Of a stretch of DNA of 64,000 bases, positions 27,510-37,439 are shown one piece after another. The position numbers were made by a program, and so were the translations under genes. Under the pieces are notes generated by a model. The model searched no databases and was not told the origin of the DNA. It saw only the letters and a program-made list of their open reading frames with translations. Location: the NCBI GenBank assembly GCA_035948945.1, contig DASZIQ010000048.1, positions 14,253-78,252 of the forward strand, read 5' to 3'. This DNA is from Solirubrobacteraceae bacterium. Its GTDB lineage: Bacteria; Actinomycetota; Thermoleophilia; Solirubrobacterales; Solirubrobacteraceae. The first letter of the stretch is position 1. Each line of letters starts with the position of its first letter.

Positions 27510-27640
27510 CCGCCCAGCGTAGCGGGAGCTGTCCGGGAGGGGCTGCCGGCGGCCGGCCGCGCAGGCGCTCTCGCCGGATCGGGGCCTCACCCGGTGCACC
27601 CGGCGCCCAGCCGCGGGGGAGCGCGCTAGCCTGTGCGAGG

Positions 27641-28519
27641 GTGAGCGTCCATCAGGGGACAGACAGCGTGCCCACACCGGAGCCTGCCCGCCCGCGGCTG
27701 GGCTTTTCGCGCCGTCGGGTGGCCGGGGCGATGGGAGTCGCCGCGGTGGCGGGCGCGGTGGTCGCGCTGGTCGTCCCCTCCTCCCCCTCCCACCACACCG
27801 GGGCGCATTCCCACACGACGGGCGCGAAGGCCACGAGCAAGGTCAAGGCGCCCCGCAAGGTCGAGCTGGCCTCGGCCAAGCCGGTCGCCGAGGTGCGCGA
27901 CCCCGAAGAAGCCAAGAGCTTCCCGGTGTCGGGGTCGGTGCACCACTCCGCCGCCGCCGCACCCGCCAAAGTCGCCGAAGAATACGTCGCCCCCGGCGCG
28001 CAGTCCAACGCCGAAGTGCGCGCCGAGCTGGGCCACATGCACGCGATCGAAAGCGCCGCGCGCGCGCAGGCGCACGCCACCGTCGCGACGGTCCCCGGCG
28101 GGGACTCCGTGGGCGGCAACGGCACGATCCCGATTCCCGCGGGCATCCCCGAAGTCGTGCAGCGGGTGATCGCCGGCGCCAACGCGATCGCCGACTTCCC
28201 CTACGTGTACGGCGGCGGCCACGCCTCGTTCGTCAGCAACTCCTACGACTGCTCCGGCTCGGTCTCCTACGCGCTCGCCGCGGGCGGCCTGCTGAGCGCG
28301 CCGGAGACCTCGGGGTCGCTCGAGAGCTGGGGCGAACCGGGGCCGGGGAAGTGGATCACGATCTACGCCAACGCCGGGCACGTCTACATGTACGTGAACG
28401 TCGGCGGGCGCTGGATGCGCTTCGACACGGTCGGGCGCTCCGGCCCCTACGCCTCGCGCTGGCAGCCGGAAATCCGCTCCAACGCGGGGTTTGTCGCGCG
28501 GCATCCGCCGGGGTTCTAG
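27641..28519 (+). CDS. Secreted NlpC/P60 (C40) cell-wall hydrolase-like protein
   Basis: C-terminal YVYGGGH...YDCSGSVSYAL...GHVYMYV (Cys/His catalytic pattern), N-terminal TM/signal. The start codon is uncertain (alternative GTG 27669). Confidence 0.7.
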   Translation: MSVHQGTDSVPTPEPARPRLGFSRRRVAGAMGVAAVAGAVVALVVPSSPSHHTGAHSHTTGAKATSKVKAPRKVELASAKPVAEVRDPEEAKSFPVSGSVHHSAAAAPAKVAEEYVAPGAQSNAEVRAELGHMHAIESAARAQAHATVATVPGGDSVGGNGTIPIPAGIPEVVQRVIAGANAIADFPYVYGGGHASFVSNSYDCSGSVSYALAAGGLLSAPETSGSLESWGEPGPGKWITIYANAGHVYMYVNVGGRWMRFDTVGRSGPYASRWQPEIRSNAGFVARHPPGF

Positions 28520-28525
28520 GCCGCC

Positions 28526-30817
28526 TCAGCCGTGCAGTTCCACGGTGCTCATCACCGTGGTGAACAGCGGGTTCAGCGCGGAGGCGTTGCGCGCGGTGAG
28601 GCGCAGCGTGAGCTTCACCCTATGCGCGTGGCGCAGGTGCTTGGCGACGCTCGGGGAGAACTTGATCCTGACCGAGCTCTTGCCGCCCTTGGTCGTGACC
28701 AGCAGCGCGTGGCCGATCACCAGCGACTTCGGCGAGCCGGCCGGCAGGTTGGTCGCGACCGGCCCGGCGATCCCCAGGCGGTGGGCGGCGGCGGCTTCCA
28801 GCAGCACTTCGAAGCGGCCCGCGACCTGCTCGTTGACGGAGTAGTGCACCAGCAGGCCGTTGCGCGCCACCTGCTTGAGCGAGCTCGACATCGCAGCCGC
28901 TGTTGCCACCGGGCGCGGGAGCGAGGAGCCGCCCGGGCCGCCAGGCGGCGTGATAACGCCCGCGCCGACACCCGTACCGGCGCCGCCCGAGCCCGAGCCC
29001 GGCGTCCCTGGCGCCGGCGGGCCCACCACCTTAATCTTCTGCATGGTCGTGGCCGTGTTGCCGCCGGCGTCCGTGACGGTCAGCGTCACTTCATATTCGC
29101 CCCCGTACTTGTAGGAGTGGAACGTGCTGCCCGCGCACGGCGGCAACCACGGCGCTTCGCACAGGGAAGACGGGGGATTCCCCGGGGCCTGGCCGGGCGC
29201 ATACCCGGTGACCGTCGGCGTGCCGTCACCGAAGTTCCAGGTGTACGTCGCGTAGGTGCGCTGTGCTTCGCCCTTGGCGTTGTACGCCGTGCCCGCGTCG
29301 AGCGCGACGTCGGACTCCATCCCGTCGAAGCCCACGATTTCTTCGGAGTTGACGGGATTGGGAGCCGTAAACTGCGGTGCCAGATTCACCCCGCCGAGGC
29401 AGGGAACCCCGGGGTAGGGGAGCTTCAGCGCGGCGAGGTTGAAGGCGTTGTTGAGGTAGTAGCTCTTGGCCCCCACCTTCTGGTTGGACAGCGTCCCCGC
29501 GTCCGTGAATTCGTTCGCCGAGGCGCTGCCGCTCACGCCCCCGCTGGCGAAGAAATTGCGGCACTCGTCGGTGGCCTCGTTGCCCACCGAGTCCTGCCAC
29601 CCGTCGAGCAGCGGATCGGTGACCGTGTCCTGCTGCTCGACCGCAATCTGGTTGATGATCACATCGGACAGACCGTGGTCGTGGGCGCCGTCCGGCCCGA
29701 CTTCGTTGAGCAGCTGATTGGGCTCCTCGACGTGGGGTCCTTCCAGCAGCCGTTCCTTTTCTTTCTGCGCTTTTTCTTCGGGTTTCGCGGTGTTGAATTC
29801 TTCCTGTTCCTTTTCGGTGCGCGTCTTTGGTTTCTCCGGCTGCTCGATCTGCGGCTTGCTGATCGGATTGATCCCGCCGTCCTGGCACGGGTAGCCGGGC
29901 TGCATCGATTCTTCGCCCAGCAGGCCAAGACCGTAGTCGCCGATGCCGCCGGCGGTCCACGGGATCACCGCGTAGAGGATCGTGCTCCCGTCGCCGTTCG
30001 GCGCTTTGTCCGTGTCGATGTCGGAGTGGTAGCTGCAGAAGCTGTTTTCGTAGCTTTCCTTTTCTTCTTCTAGCTTCGCTTCTTCTTCCGCCTTTGTTTC
30101 GCCTTCTTCCAAGGAGGCCTTGTGGTAGTCCGAGCAGTGCCCGGTGGGCCCGCCGGCTTCGTTCAGGCAGACCGTCACCCCAGGGGGGGTCAGCACGTAG
30201 AAGATCGTGCCCATCCCCTTCGGCAGGGAGTGCTGGGCGGTGAACGTTTCGAGCTGAGCGCGAATCTGCTTGTCGGTGAGGCAGGCGATCTCGTTGGGTT
30301 CATGGCCCGGGGAGCTCGTGCCCAGCAGCGGCTGCGGGTCCGTGCAGGTGGCGGCCGGGTATTTTTCGGTGTCGGTCACCGCGCCCATGAAGGTGGAGCG
30401 GTAGGAGGCGTGCTGGTTGGCGGCGTCGGTGTACTGGGAGTCGACCGCGAACACGCTCCCCAACGAGCCGCTTCCGGCGCCCATCGCCTGCATGAAGGTG
30501 TCGATCGAGTTCTGCCATTCGCCGTGGTAGTTGTCGTTGGTTGGATCCCAGTAGATCGGGTACACGCGGCTGGAGGCGAGCACCGGGGCACCGCTGGGAT
30601 TGGCGAACTTTTCGGGGTACGCCGGGTCTTTTGGGTATAGGGGCACGCCGGCTTTCGCGGTCTCCCCCGGGAACAGCAGCGTGCTGCGCGGCTGCAGCCC
30701 CACCTTGGGCCCGCCGGCTTCCGTCACCAGGGCGCCCGCGGGGGCGACCGCCGGGGAGAGCGCCAGCGCGCCCAGGCCGGCAGCGGCGAGCGCCAGCCTG
30801 CGCGCAAGGACGGGCAT
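28526..30817 (-). CDS. Large secreted protein, unknown N-terminal Cys-rich region, two Lys/Glu-rich inserts, PKD domain, C-terminal beta-rich domain
   Basis: Signal peptide from ATG 30817 ([29 protein letters not shown]). PKD signature [10 protein letters not shown]...[13 protein letters not shown]. Confidence 0.7.
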   Translation of the reverse strand: MPVLARRLALAAAGLGALALSPAVAPAGALVTEAGGPKVGLQPRSTLLFPGETAKAGVPLYPKDPAYPEKFANPSGAPVLASSRVYPIYWDPTNDNYHGEWQNSIDTFMQAMGAGSGSLGSVFAVDSQYTDAANQHASYRSTFMGAVTDTEKYPAATCTDPQPLLGTSSPGHEPNEIACLTDKQIRAQLETFTAQHSLPKGMGTIFYVLTPPGVTVCLNEAGGPTGHCSDYHKASLEEGETKAEEEAKLEEEKESYENSFCSYHSDIDTDKAPNGDGSTILYAVIPWTAGGIGDYGLGLLGEESMQPGYPCQDGGINPISKPQIEQPEKPKTRTEKEQEEFNTAKPEEKAQKEKERLLEGPHVEEPNQLLNEVGPDGAHDHGLSDVIINQIAVEQQDTVTDPLLDGWQDSVGNEATDECRNFFASGGVSGSASANEFTDAGTLSNQKVGAKSYYLNNAFNLAALKLPYPGVPCLGGVNLAPQFTAPNPVNSEEIVGFDGMESDVALDAGTAYNAKGEAQRTYATYTWNFGDGTPTVTGYAPGQAPGNPPSSLCEAPWLPPCAGSTFHSYKYGGEYEVTLTVTDAGGNTATTMQKIKVVGPPAPGTPGSGSGGAGTGVGAGVITPPGGPGGSSLPRPVATAAAMSSSLKQVARNGLLVHYSVNEQVAGRFEVLLEAAAAHRLGIAGPVATNLPAGSPKSLVIGHALLVTTKGGKSSVRIKFSPSVAKHLRHAHRVKLTLRLTARNASALNPLFTTVMSTVELHG

Positions 30818-30992
30818 CGGGCGAAAGCGGAGACGGAGCGTCACCTGTCCTACATCGGCAGCGCGCCCGGCTCGCATTAGCGCCGTTGGACCAAACTCCG
30901 CCACCAGGACGGCCGCTGAGCAAGCGAGGCGAGAACGCAGGGAGCGTGGCGTGCTTAGCACGCGAGCGACCGAGGACAAGCATCGCGCCTGC

Positions 30993-32186
30993 TCAGCGGT
31001 CGTCCTGGCGCGAGAACAGCGCCGCCTGCCCTTGCCCCACGCCCACGCACAGCGTGGCGAGGCCGAGGTGGGCGTCGCGGCGGCGCAGCTCGTGCGCGAG
31101 GCTGACCACGAGGCGCGCGCCGCTCATGCCGAGCGGATGCCCAATCGCGATCGCGCCGCCGTTGACGTTGACGCGCGCCGGGTCGAGCCCCAGCTCGCGG
31201 ATCACCGCGAGGCTCTGCGAGGCGAACGCCTCGTTGAGCTCCACGAGGTCGATCTGCTCCACGGCGGTGCCGGTGCGCGCCAGCAGCTTGCGCACCGCGG
31301 GGATCGGGCCGACGCCCATCACCCGCGGATCGACCCCCGCCGAGGCCGAGCCGGCGAAGCGCACGAGCGGCTCGGCGCCGAGCCGCTCCGCCATCGCGGC
31401 GCTTGCGACCACGAGGGCGGCAGCGCCGTCGTTGACGCCGCTGGAGTTGCCCGCGGTGACGCTGCCGCCCGCGCGGAACACGGCGCGCAGCTTCGCCAGC
31501 GCCTCGGGGGTGGAGTCCGGGCGAGGGTGCTCGTCGCGCACGCACTCGCCCACCGGCACCAGCTCCTCGGCGAAGTGTCCCGCGGCGTCGGCCGCCGCCC
31601 AGCGGCGCTGGCTCTCCAGCGCGAAGGCGTCCTGGTCGGCGCGGCTCACGCCCCACCGCTCGGCGACGTTCTCGCCGGTCTCGCCCATGCCCTCCAGCGG
31701 AAACAGCTCCGCCATCGCCGGGTTGGGAAAGCGCCAGCCGATCGTCGTGTCGTACACCGTGCGCTCGCCGCGCGCGAACGCCTTTTCGTCCTTGCCCTGC
31801 ACCAGCGGCGCGCGGGTCATCGATTCCACGCCCCCCGCCAGCGCCAGCTCTATCTCACCTGCGCGGATCGCCTGGCAGGCGCACACCACTGCGGCGAGCC
31901 CCGAGGCGCACAGCCGGTTGACGGTGATCCCGGGGATCTCCTGCGGCAGCCCGGCGAGCAGCAGCGCCATGCGCGCGACGTTGCGATTGTCCTCGCCCGC
32001 CTGGTTGGCGCAGCCCATGTACACCTCCTCGATCTCGCCCGGGTCGAGGCTCGGCACGCGCTCCACCGCGGCGCGCAGCGCGATCGCCGCGAGGTCGTCG
32101 GGGCGCACGCGCGCGAGCGCCCCGCCGTAGCGCCCCACGGGGGTGCGCACGGCGGCGAGGATCACTGGTTCGGGGGTCGAAGTCAT
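30993..32186 (-). CDS. Acetyl-CoA C-acetyltransferase (thiolase II)
   Basis: VNRLCASGL active-site Cys, [12 protein letters not shown], and CVGVGQG C-terminal motif. Confidence 0.9.
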   Translation of the reverse strand: MTSTPEPVILAAVRTPVGRYGGALARVRPDDLAAIALRAAVERVPSLDPGEIEEVYMGCANQAGEDNRNVARMALLLAGLPQEIPGITVNRLCASGLAAVVCACQAIRAGEIELALAGGVESMTRAPLVQGKDEKAFARGERTVYDTTIGWRFPNPAMAELFPLEGMGETGENVAERWGVSRADQDAFALESQRRWAAADAAGHFAEELVPVGECVRDEHPRPDSTPEALAKLRAVFRAGGSVTAGNSSGVNDGAAALVVASAAMAERLGAEPLVRFAGSASAGVDPRVMGVGPIPAVRKLLARTGTAVEQIDLVELNEAFASQSLAVIRELGLDPARVNVNGGAIAIGHPLGMSGARLVVSLAHELRRRDAHLGLATLCVGVGQGQAALFSRQDDR

Positions 32187-32291
32187 GGTCGCGGGCCTCG
32201 GAGGGTGGTGTCAGTGGTCGGGGGCTCCCCGGGTGGCGGTGGATGCCGGTTCCAGCCCGGTTCCACGGATCGGGGGCCGCCAGAGTATCGG

Positions 32292-33143
32292 TTAGCCGCC
32301 GCCCGCCTCGCCATACCCGCGCACGCCGAGCATCCGCCGCGCCTCATCGGGGGTGGCCACGGACCGGCCGAACTCCTCCGCCAAGCGCACCACCCGCTCC
32401 ACCAGTTGCGCGTTGCTGCGCGCCAGCTCGCCGCGGCGGTAGTAGACGTTGTCCTCCAACCCCGTGCGCACGTGCCCGCCGTAGAGCAGGCTCAGCACGT
32501 TCACCTCCAGCTGGTGGCGACCAATCCCGAGCATGCTCCAGCGGGCGCCCTCCGGCAGGCGGCTGACGAGATAGCCGATCGTCTGCAGGTCTGGCGCCGC
32601 CCCGGCGGGCACGCCGATGCACAGCTGCCAGAAGCCCGGCGCCCGCAGCAGCCCTTCGCGCATCAGGCGCATCCCGTTGCGGATCATGCCGCTGTCGAAC
32701 GTCTCGATCTCGACGGCGATATCGAGGTCGCGCAGCCGTTCGGCGGCGGGCTTCAGGAAGGCGTTGTACGGGTTGGCAAACACCCAGTCGTCCCCGAGGT
32801 TCACCGAGCCGCAGTCGAGCGTCGCCATCTCCGGCGCGAGCTCGATGCAGCCAAGGCGCTGCTCGATTGTGGCGCGCCCGCCGGCGCTGCCGGTACTGAG
32901 GTTGACGATCGCCCCACACCCCCGCTCCCGCAGAAGCTCCAGCAGCGCGCGGCACCTCGCCGGGTCCTGTGTCGGCGTGCCGTGCTCGTCGCGGGCGTGC
33001 ACGTGCACGATCGCCGCACCGGCGCGCCAGCTCTCCACCGCCGCCTCGGCGATCTGGTCGAGGGTTAGGGGTATGTGGGGGGATTGCTTGCCGGAGGCGA
33101 TGCTGCCGGTGACCGCGGCGGTGATCATCACGGGGTCGGCCAT
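32292..33143 (-). CDS. Beta-keto acid cleavage enzyme (BKACE/DUF849, 3-keto-5-aminohexanoate cleavage-like)
   Basis: ITAAVTG start, VHVHARD, RTGLEDN motif. Confidence 0.8.
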   Translation of the reverse strand: MADPVMITAAVTGSIASGKQSPHIPLTLDQIAEAAVESWRAGAAIVHVHARDEHGTPTQDPARCRALLELLRERGCGAIVNLSTGSAGGRATIEQRLGCIELAPEMATLDCGSVNLGDDWVFANPYNAFLKPAAERLRDLDIAVEIETFDSGMIRNGMRLMREGLLRAPGFWQLCIGVPAGAAPDLQTIGYLVSRLPEGARWSMLGIGRHQLEVNVLSLLYGGHVRTGLEDNVYYRRGELARSNAQLVERVVRLAEEFGRSVATPDEARRMLGVRGYGEAGGG

Positions 33144-33333
33144 CTGCGCAATCTACGTCAACCCCGAGGCGGGCGCCGGGACGTGGCCTGGTATACAGTC
33201 GTTCAGAGGTTGGGAGGGTTCCGGGGCGTGGGCCGCGGGGCACGCGGCGCCACATACCTTCAGCAGTGCATGCGAGAGCAGAGCGTGACCGTCGTGGGGA
33301 GTTTAGGATCGTCGTAGTTCGCTTGGAGAGCAC

Positions 33334-34503
33334 ATGAGCAACAGAGCCTCAGTGGCCATCGTCGGGGCGGGAGCAATCGGGCTGAGCGTCGCGCGGGCGC
33401 TCGTGGAGCTGGGCGTCGAGGACGTGGTGGTGTTGGAGCGCACCCACCCGGCCGCCGGCTCCTCCGGGCGTTCGGTGGGTGCGGTGGAGACGCAGTACGT
33501 GGATCCTTTCGACATCGCCCTGCGGGTGTCGTCCAAGCGCGTCTTCGAGCAGCTGGAGCGCGACCACGGGCTGCGCTTTGAGCGCAACGGCTACCTGCGC
33601 ATCGGCCACACCGCCGAGGACGCCGCGCGCTTCGAGCGCAGCGTGGCGGTGCAACGCGAGCTGGGGATCGACGACGCGGTGGTGCTGGACGCGGCGGGCA
33701 TCGCCGCGCGCTTCCCCGACGTGCGCAGCGACGACCTCAGCGCCGGCCTGTACGGGCCCAGCGACGGGTTCGTCGACGGCCACCTCTACTGCATGCTGCT
33801 GGCCGAGCTGGCGCAGGCCGGTGGCGCGCGGCTGAGGCAGCAAACACACCTCACCGGCCACGAGCCGCTCCCCGACGGGCGTCACCGTCTGCTCACCACC
33901 ACCGGCGAGGTGGTGTGCGAGCACGTCGTCAACGCCGCCGGCGCGTGGGCCCAGGAGGTGGGGGAGCTGCTGGGCGTGGCCACGCCGATCCTGCCGCAGC
34001 GCCACGAGGCGGTGAGCATGCACCTGCCGCGCACGCTCGACTACATGATGCCCGAGGTGATGGACTACGCCCCCGCCGAAGGACGCTCGGGGCTGTACTT
34101 CCGCCACGAGACGTTCGACATGTTCCTCGGCGGGCTGCACACCGAGGAGGCGGTGCACCCGGTGGTCGACCCCGACGAGTGGTACGAAGGCGTCGAGCAG
34201 TCCTACCTGGAGCAGCTGGCCGAGCTGCTGCTGTACCGGCTGCCGTCGCTGGCCGACATTCGCCTCGGCCGGGGCTGGGCGGGGCTGTATCCGGTGAGCC
34301 CCGACGGCCGCCCGCTGGTGGGGCCGTGCCCGGAGGATCGGAGTGTGATCGCCGCTTGCGGCGTAGGTGGTTCCGGGATCCAGGTGTCACCGATCGTCGG
34401 GCGACTGGCGGCGGAGTGGATCGTATTTGGGCAGGCGCGCAGCCTGGCGGGGGCGGAGGAGTTGCTGCCGGGACGTGCCTCGCTGTGTGAGTCACGCCCG
34501 TAG
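33334..34503 (+). CDS. FAD-dependent oxidoreductase (DAO family; sarcosine/glycine/amine oxidase-like)
   Basis: N-terminal VAIVGAGAIGLS dinucleotide fold and DAO-type C-terminus. The 3' end overlaps the convergent gene by 12 nt. Confidence 0.8.
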   Translation: MSNRASVAIVGAGAIGLSVARALVELGVEDVVVLERTHPAAGSSGRSVGAVETQYVDPFDIALRVSSKRVFEQLERDHGLRFERNGYLRIGHTAEDAARFERSVAVQRELGIDDAVVLDAAGIAARFPDVRSDDLSAGLYGPSDGFVDGHLYCMLLAELAQAGGARLRQQTHLTGHEPLPDGRHRLLTTTGEVVCEHVVNAAGAWAQEVGELLGVATPILPQRHEAVSMHLPRTLDYMMPEVMDYAPAEGRSGLYFRHETFDMFLGGLHTEEAVHPVVDPDEWYEGVEQSYLEQLAELLLYRLPSLADIRLGRGWAGLYPVSPDGRPLVGPCPEDRSVIAACGVGGSGIQVSPIVGRLAAEWIVFGQARSLAGAEELLPGRASLCESRP

Positions 34504-36546
34504 GGCGCGCGCGAACGCCGCCAGCACGCGGTCGATCACGGCGTCGTCCATCGGTGTGCACACGCACGCCAGCCCGCTGGTCGCGATCAACACGCCCTCC
34601 CGGTAGAGCCGCCACCACAGCTCGGGCAGGCGCTCTGAGTGGAGCTTCAGCAGCGACCCACGCCCGGTCACCTCGTAGCCCTGCTCGGCGAGGCCGGCGC
34701 GCAACCGCTCGCCGAGCGCGTCGATCCGCGCGATCGCCTCCCCGTCGAGCGCGCGCAGCGCGGCGAGGCCGGCGCGCATCGAGACGGGGTTGGCGGAGAA
34801 GGTGCCCGCGACCTGCACCGCGTCGGGGCGGCGCGGGTCGAACACGTCCATCACCTCCGGGCTCCCGCCGAGCGCGCCGATCGGCAGCCCGCCGCCGATC
34901 ACCTTGCCGAGCGTCACGAGGTCGCCCTCGATCCCCCACACACGCCCCGCGCCGCCGGCGCCCATCCGGAAGGTGATCACCTCGTCGAGGATCAGGACGA
35001 TCCCCCGCCGGGCGGTCTCCGCGCGCACGAGGTGGGCGAAGTCGCGCTCCAGCGGGCGCAGGCCGGCGCGGTAGGGCATCAGGTCGAGCAGCACGCAGGC
35101 CACCTGCCCTTCGCGGCGGTCGAGCGCGGCGACGAGACCCTCGCCGTCCCCCAGGGCAACACTCACCACGGCGCCCTTCGCACCCGCCGGCACGCCGCGC
35201 GCCGGGCGGGCGGGGTCCAAATCAGCCAGCGCGTCCCAGGCGCCGTGGTAACAGCCCGCGAAGCGCACCGCCACCTCGCGCCCGGTGGCGGCCCGTGCCG
35301 CACGCACGGCCGCCATCACCGCCTCGGTGCCCGAGCCGGCGAAGCGCCACCGCGGCGCCCACCCGACGCGCTCGGCAAGGTGCTCGGCCAGCTCCACCTC
35401 CGCCGCCGTGGGCAGCCCGAACGCGCTGCCCTCCGCCAGCGCCCGCGTCGCCGCGGCGAGCACCGGCGCGAACGCATGGCCGTGCACGAGCGCGGAGTAG
35501 TCGCCGTGCAGGTCGACCAGCTCGTGGCCGTCCGTGTCGATCAGCCGCCACCCCTCGCCGCGCCGCGCGTACGGGGTGTGGGGGTCCACGTACAGCGTCG
35601 TGCGCGAGGCGCCGCCGGGAAAGCGCGCGTCGGCGCGCTCGTACAGCCGCTCGCTGCTGGCCGAAACGGGGACTCGCGCCGAAGGCGCGTGTCTACCGGC
35701 TTCGGCCGAGCCGGGGACGCCTCCATGCCCCGGATCGACGGCCTCCGCGGGCAGCGGGTTGGAGCCCGCGAAGAAGCTCGCGACGAACGCGTTCGGCGGG
35801 TTGGCGTACAGCTCGGCGGGCGACCCGACGCCCACGATCGCGCCGTCGTGCATGACCGCGATCGTGTCCGACAGCGCGTACGCCTCCTGCTGGTCGTGCG
35901 TCACGTACACGACGGTCGCGCCGAGCTCGTGTTGCAGCGTGCGGATCTCGCGCTCCATCTCGATGCGCAGCGCGCGGTCGAGCGCCCCGAGCGGCTCGTC
36001 CATGAGGATGATCTCGGGGTCGTACACGAGCGCGCGCCCGAGCGCCACCCGCTGCTGCTGGCCGCCCGAGAGCTGACGGGGGCGGCGCTCGCCGAGGCCC
36101 GAGAGGCGCAGCAGCTCGAGCATCGCCTGCACGCGGCGCTCGCGCTCGGCGCGCGGCACGCCGCGCAGCTTCAGCCCGTAGCCGATGTTCTGGACGACGG
36201 TCATATGGGGAAAGAGCGCGTAGTGCTGAAACACCATGCCGACGCCCCGCCGCGCGGGGGGCAGCCGCGAGATGTCGCGCCCGCGCAGGAGCACCTCCCC
36301 GCCGCTGGGAGCCTCGAAGCCGGCGATCACCTTCAGCAGCGTGGTCTTGCCCGAGCCGGAGGGGCCGAGCAGCGTAAGAAGCTCGCCGCGGTGGACGCTC
36401 AGGTCGACGCCGCCGAGCGCGGGGGTGCTGCCGTAGGACTTGTGCAGCGAGCGGATCTCCAAGACCAGCTCGCGGTCGCCGGGCGCATCACGCGACTGTA
36501 CGGCGGGCTGCTGGAGAGGCGGTCGCCGCTCGCCGCCGGCAGCCAT
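34492..36546 (-). CDS. In-frame fusion: PotA-like ABC importer ATPase (aa ~27-262) + class-III aminotransferase (GSA-aminomutase-like, aa ~300-684)
   Basis: Walker A GPSGSGKTT, LSGGQQQR, ILMDEP, then no stop. Linker contains a REP-like element. Aminotransferase then begins at its usual N-terminus (ERLYERADARFPGG) and carries the Lys motif LGKVIGGGLP. Confidence 0.75.
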   Translation of the reverse strand: MAAGGERRPPLQQPAVQSRDAPGDRELVLEIRSLHKSYGSTPALGGVDLSVHRGELLTLLGPSGSGKTTLLKVIAGFEAPSGGEVLLRGRDISRLPPARRGVGMVFQHYALFPHMTVVQNIGYGLKLRGVPRAERERRVQAMLELLRLSGLGERRPRQLSGGQQQRVALGRALVYDPEIILMDEPLGALDRALRIEMEREIRTLQHELGATVVYVTHDQQEAYALSDTIAVMHDGAIVGVGSPAELYANPPNAFVASFFAGSNPLPAEAVDPGHGGVPGSAEAGRHAPSARVPVSASSERLYERADARFPGGASRTTLYVDPHTPYARRGEGWRLIDTDGHELVDLHGDYSALVHGHAFAPVLAAATRALAEGSAFGLPTAAEVELAEHLAERVGWAPRWRFAGSGTEAVMAAVRAARAATGREVAVRFAGCYHGAWDALADLDPARPARGVPAGAKGAVVSVALGDGEGLVAALDRREGQVACVLLDLMPYRAGLRPLERDFAHLVRAETARRGIVLILDEVITFRMGAGGAGRVWGIEGDLVTLGKVIGGGLPIGALGGSPEVMDVFDPRRPDAVQVAGTFSANPVSMRAGLAALRALDGEAIARIDALGERLRAGLAEQGYEVTGRGSLLKLHSERLPELWWRLYREGVLIATSGLACVCTPMDDAVIDRVLAAFARALRA
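35659..35707. repeat. REP-like palindromic element copy (inside the fusion linker)
   Basis: The reverse complement matches 59128-59176 at 46/49 positions. Central stem CGCGCC-GAA-GGCGCG. Confidence 0.85.
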
Positions 36547-36563
36547 CTCCGTCTGCACCTCGC

Positions 36564-37439
36564 TCACCGCTCGGCCCGGGTGAGTCGCAGGACGAAGACC
36601 ATCACGACGCTGGTGCCAAGGATCAGCAGCGCGGTGATCGCCGCCACCACCGGTTCGAGGCCGAAGCGCACCGTGTCGAAGATCGCGCGCGGCAGCGTTT
36701 CCTGGCCGGCGCCGCCGAGGAACACGACGAACACGGACTCGTCGAAGCTCGTCATGAACGCGAGCACAGCGCCGGCGAGGATCGCGGGAGCGAGCAGCGG
36801 CAAGGTAATGCCGAGCCACGCGCGCACACGGCTGGCGCCGGTGACCATCGCCGCCAGCTCGAGGTCTTCGGGGATGCGGCTAAACGCGGGGCTGCACACC
36901 AGCAGCATCACCGGGATCGCGAGCGTGGAATCGGCGAGCACCAGCCCGAGGTAGGTGCCGAGCAGGCCGACCTGCGCGAACAGGCCGTACATCGCCACCG
37001 CGTACGCCGACACCGGCAGCACGAGGCCCGTCAGCCCGCCGAGTTGCAGCGCGCCCCGGCCCGGCAGGCGGCTGCGGTGAAAGACGAACAGCACCGGCAC
37101 GACCACCGCGCAGGAGAGCAGCGCGACGGGCACGGCGATCTTGACCGACAGCAGCAGCGCCGAACCCCAGCGCGGATCTTCGAACAGCAGGCGGTACTGA
37201 CGCCAGCCCCAGACGCGCGGCGGAAACGCGAAGAAGCGTTCGCCCGAGAACGACAGCGCCACCGTCATAGCCGGCGGGAGCAGCATCACGAACGCAATCA
37301 GCGCCGTGGCGGCGGCCCCGAGGGCGCGCGTGAACGGGTCGCCGGCGACACGCATGGCGGCCCCGGCGCGGCCAAGGGAGGCCCGCCATGGCGCAACGGT
37401 TGCAGGCGCGCCAGGCGGCAGCGGGCGGGCGGGCTGCAT
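36564..37439 (-). CDS. ABC importer permease (PotC-like)
   Basis: 6-TM binding-protein-dependent permease with an EAA-like loop (EDLELAAMVTGASRVRAWLGITLP). ATG overlaps the upstream stop (TGATG). Confidence 0.8.
   Translation of the reverse strand: MQPARPLPPGAPATVAPWRASLGRAGAAMRVAGDPFTRALGAAATALIAFVMLLPPAMTVALSFSGERFFAFPPRVWGWRQYRLLFEDPRWGSALLLSVKIAVPVALLSCAVVVPVLFVFHRSRLPGRGALQLGGLTGLVLPVSAYAVAMYGLFAQVGLLGTYLGLVLADSTLAIPVMLLVCSPAFSRIPEDLELAAMVTGASRVRAWLGITLPLLAPAILAGAVLAFMTSFDESVFVVFLGGAGQETLPRAIFDTVRFGLEPVVAAITALLILGTSVVMVFVLRLTRAER

Noticed and set aside
33205-33260. GAGGGUUCCGGGGCG...GGGCCGCGGGG...CACGCGGCG upstream of the FAD oxidoreductase resembles the 5' part of the guanidine-I (ykkC) riboswitch (UAGGGUUCCGG ... 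GGUCCGAGAG ... ACACGGCGGG). This is tempting because a ureohydrolase cluster is adjacent.
   Set aside because: The highly conserved GGUCCGAGAG and the 3' CCCGGGAGA hairpin are not present by eye. Only cmsearch with RF00442 could rescue the idea.
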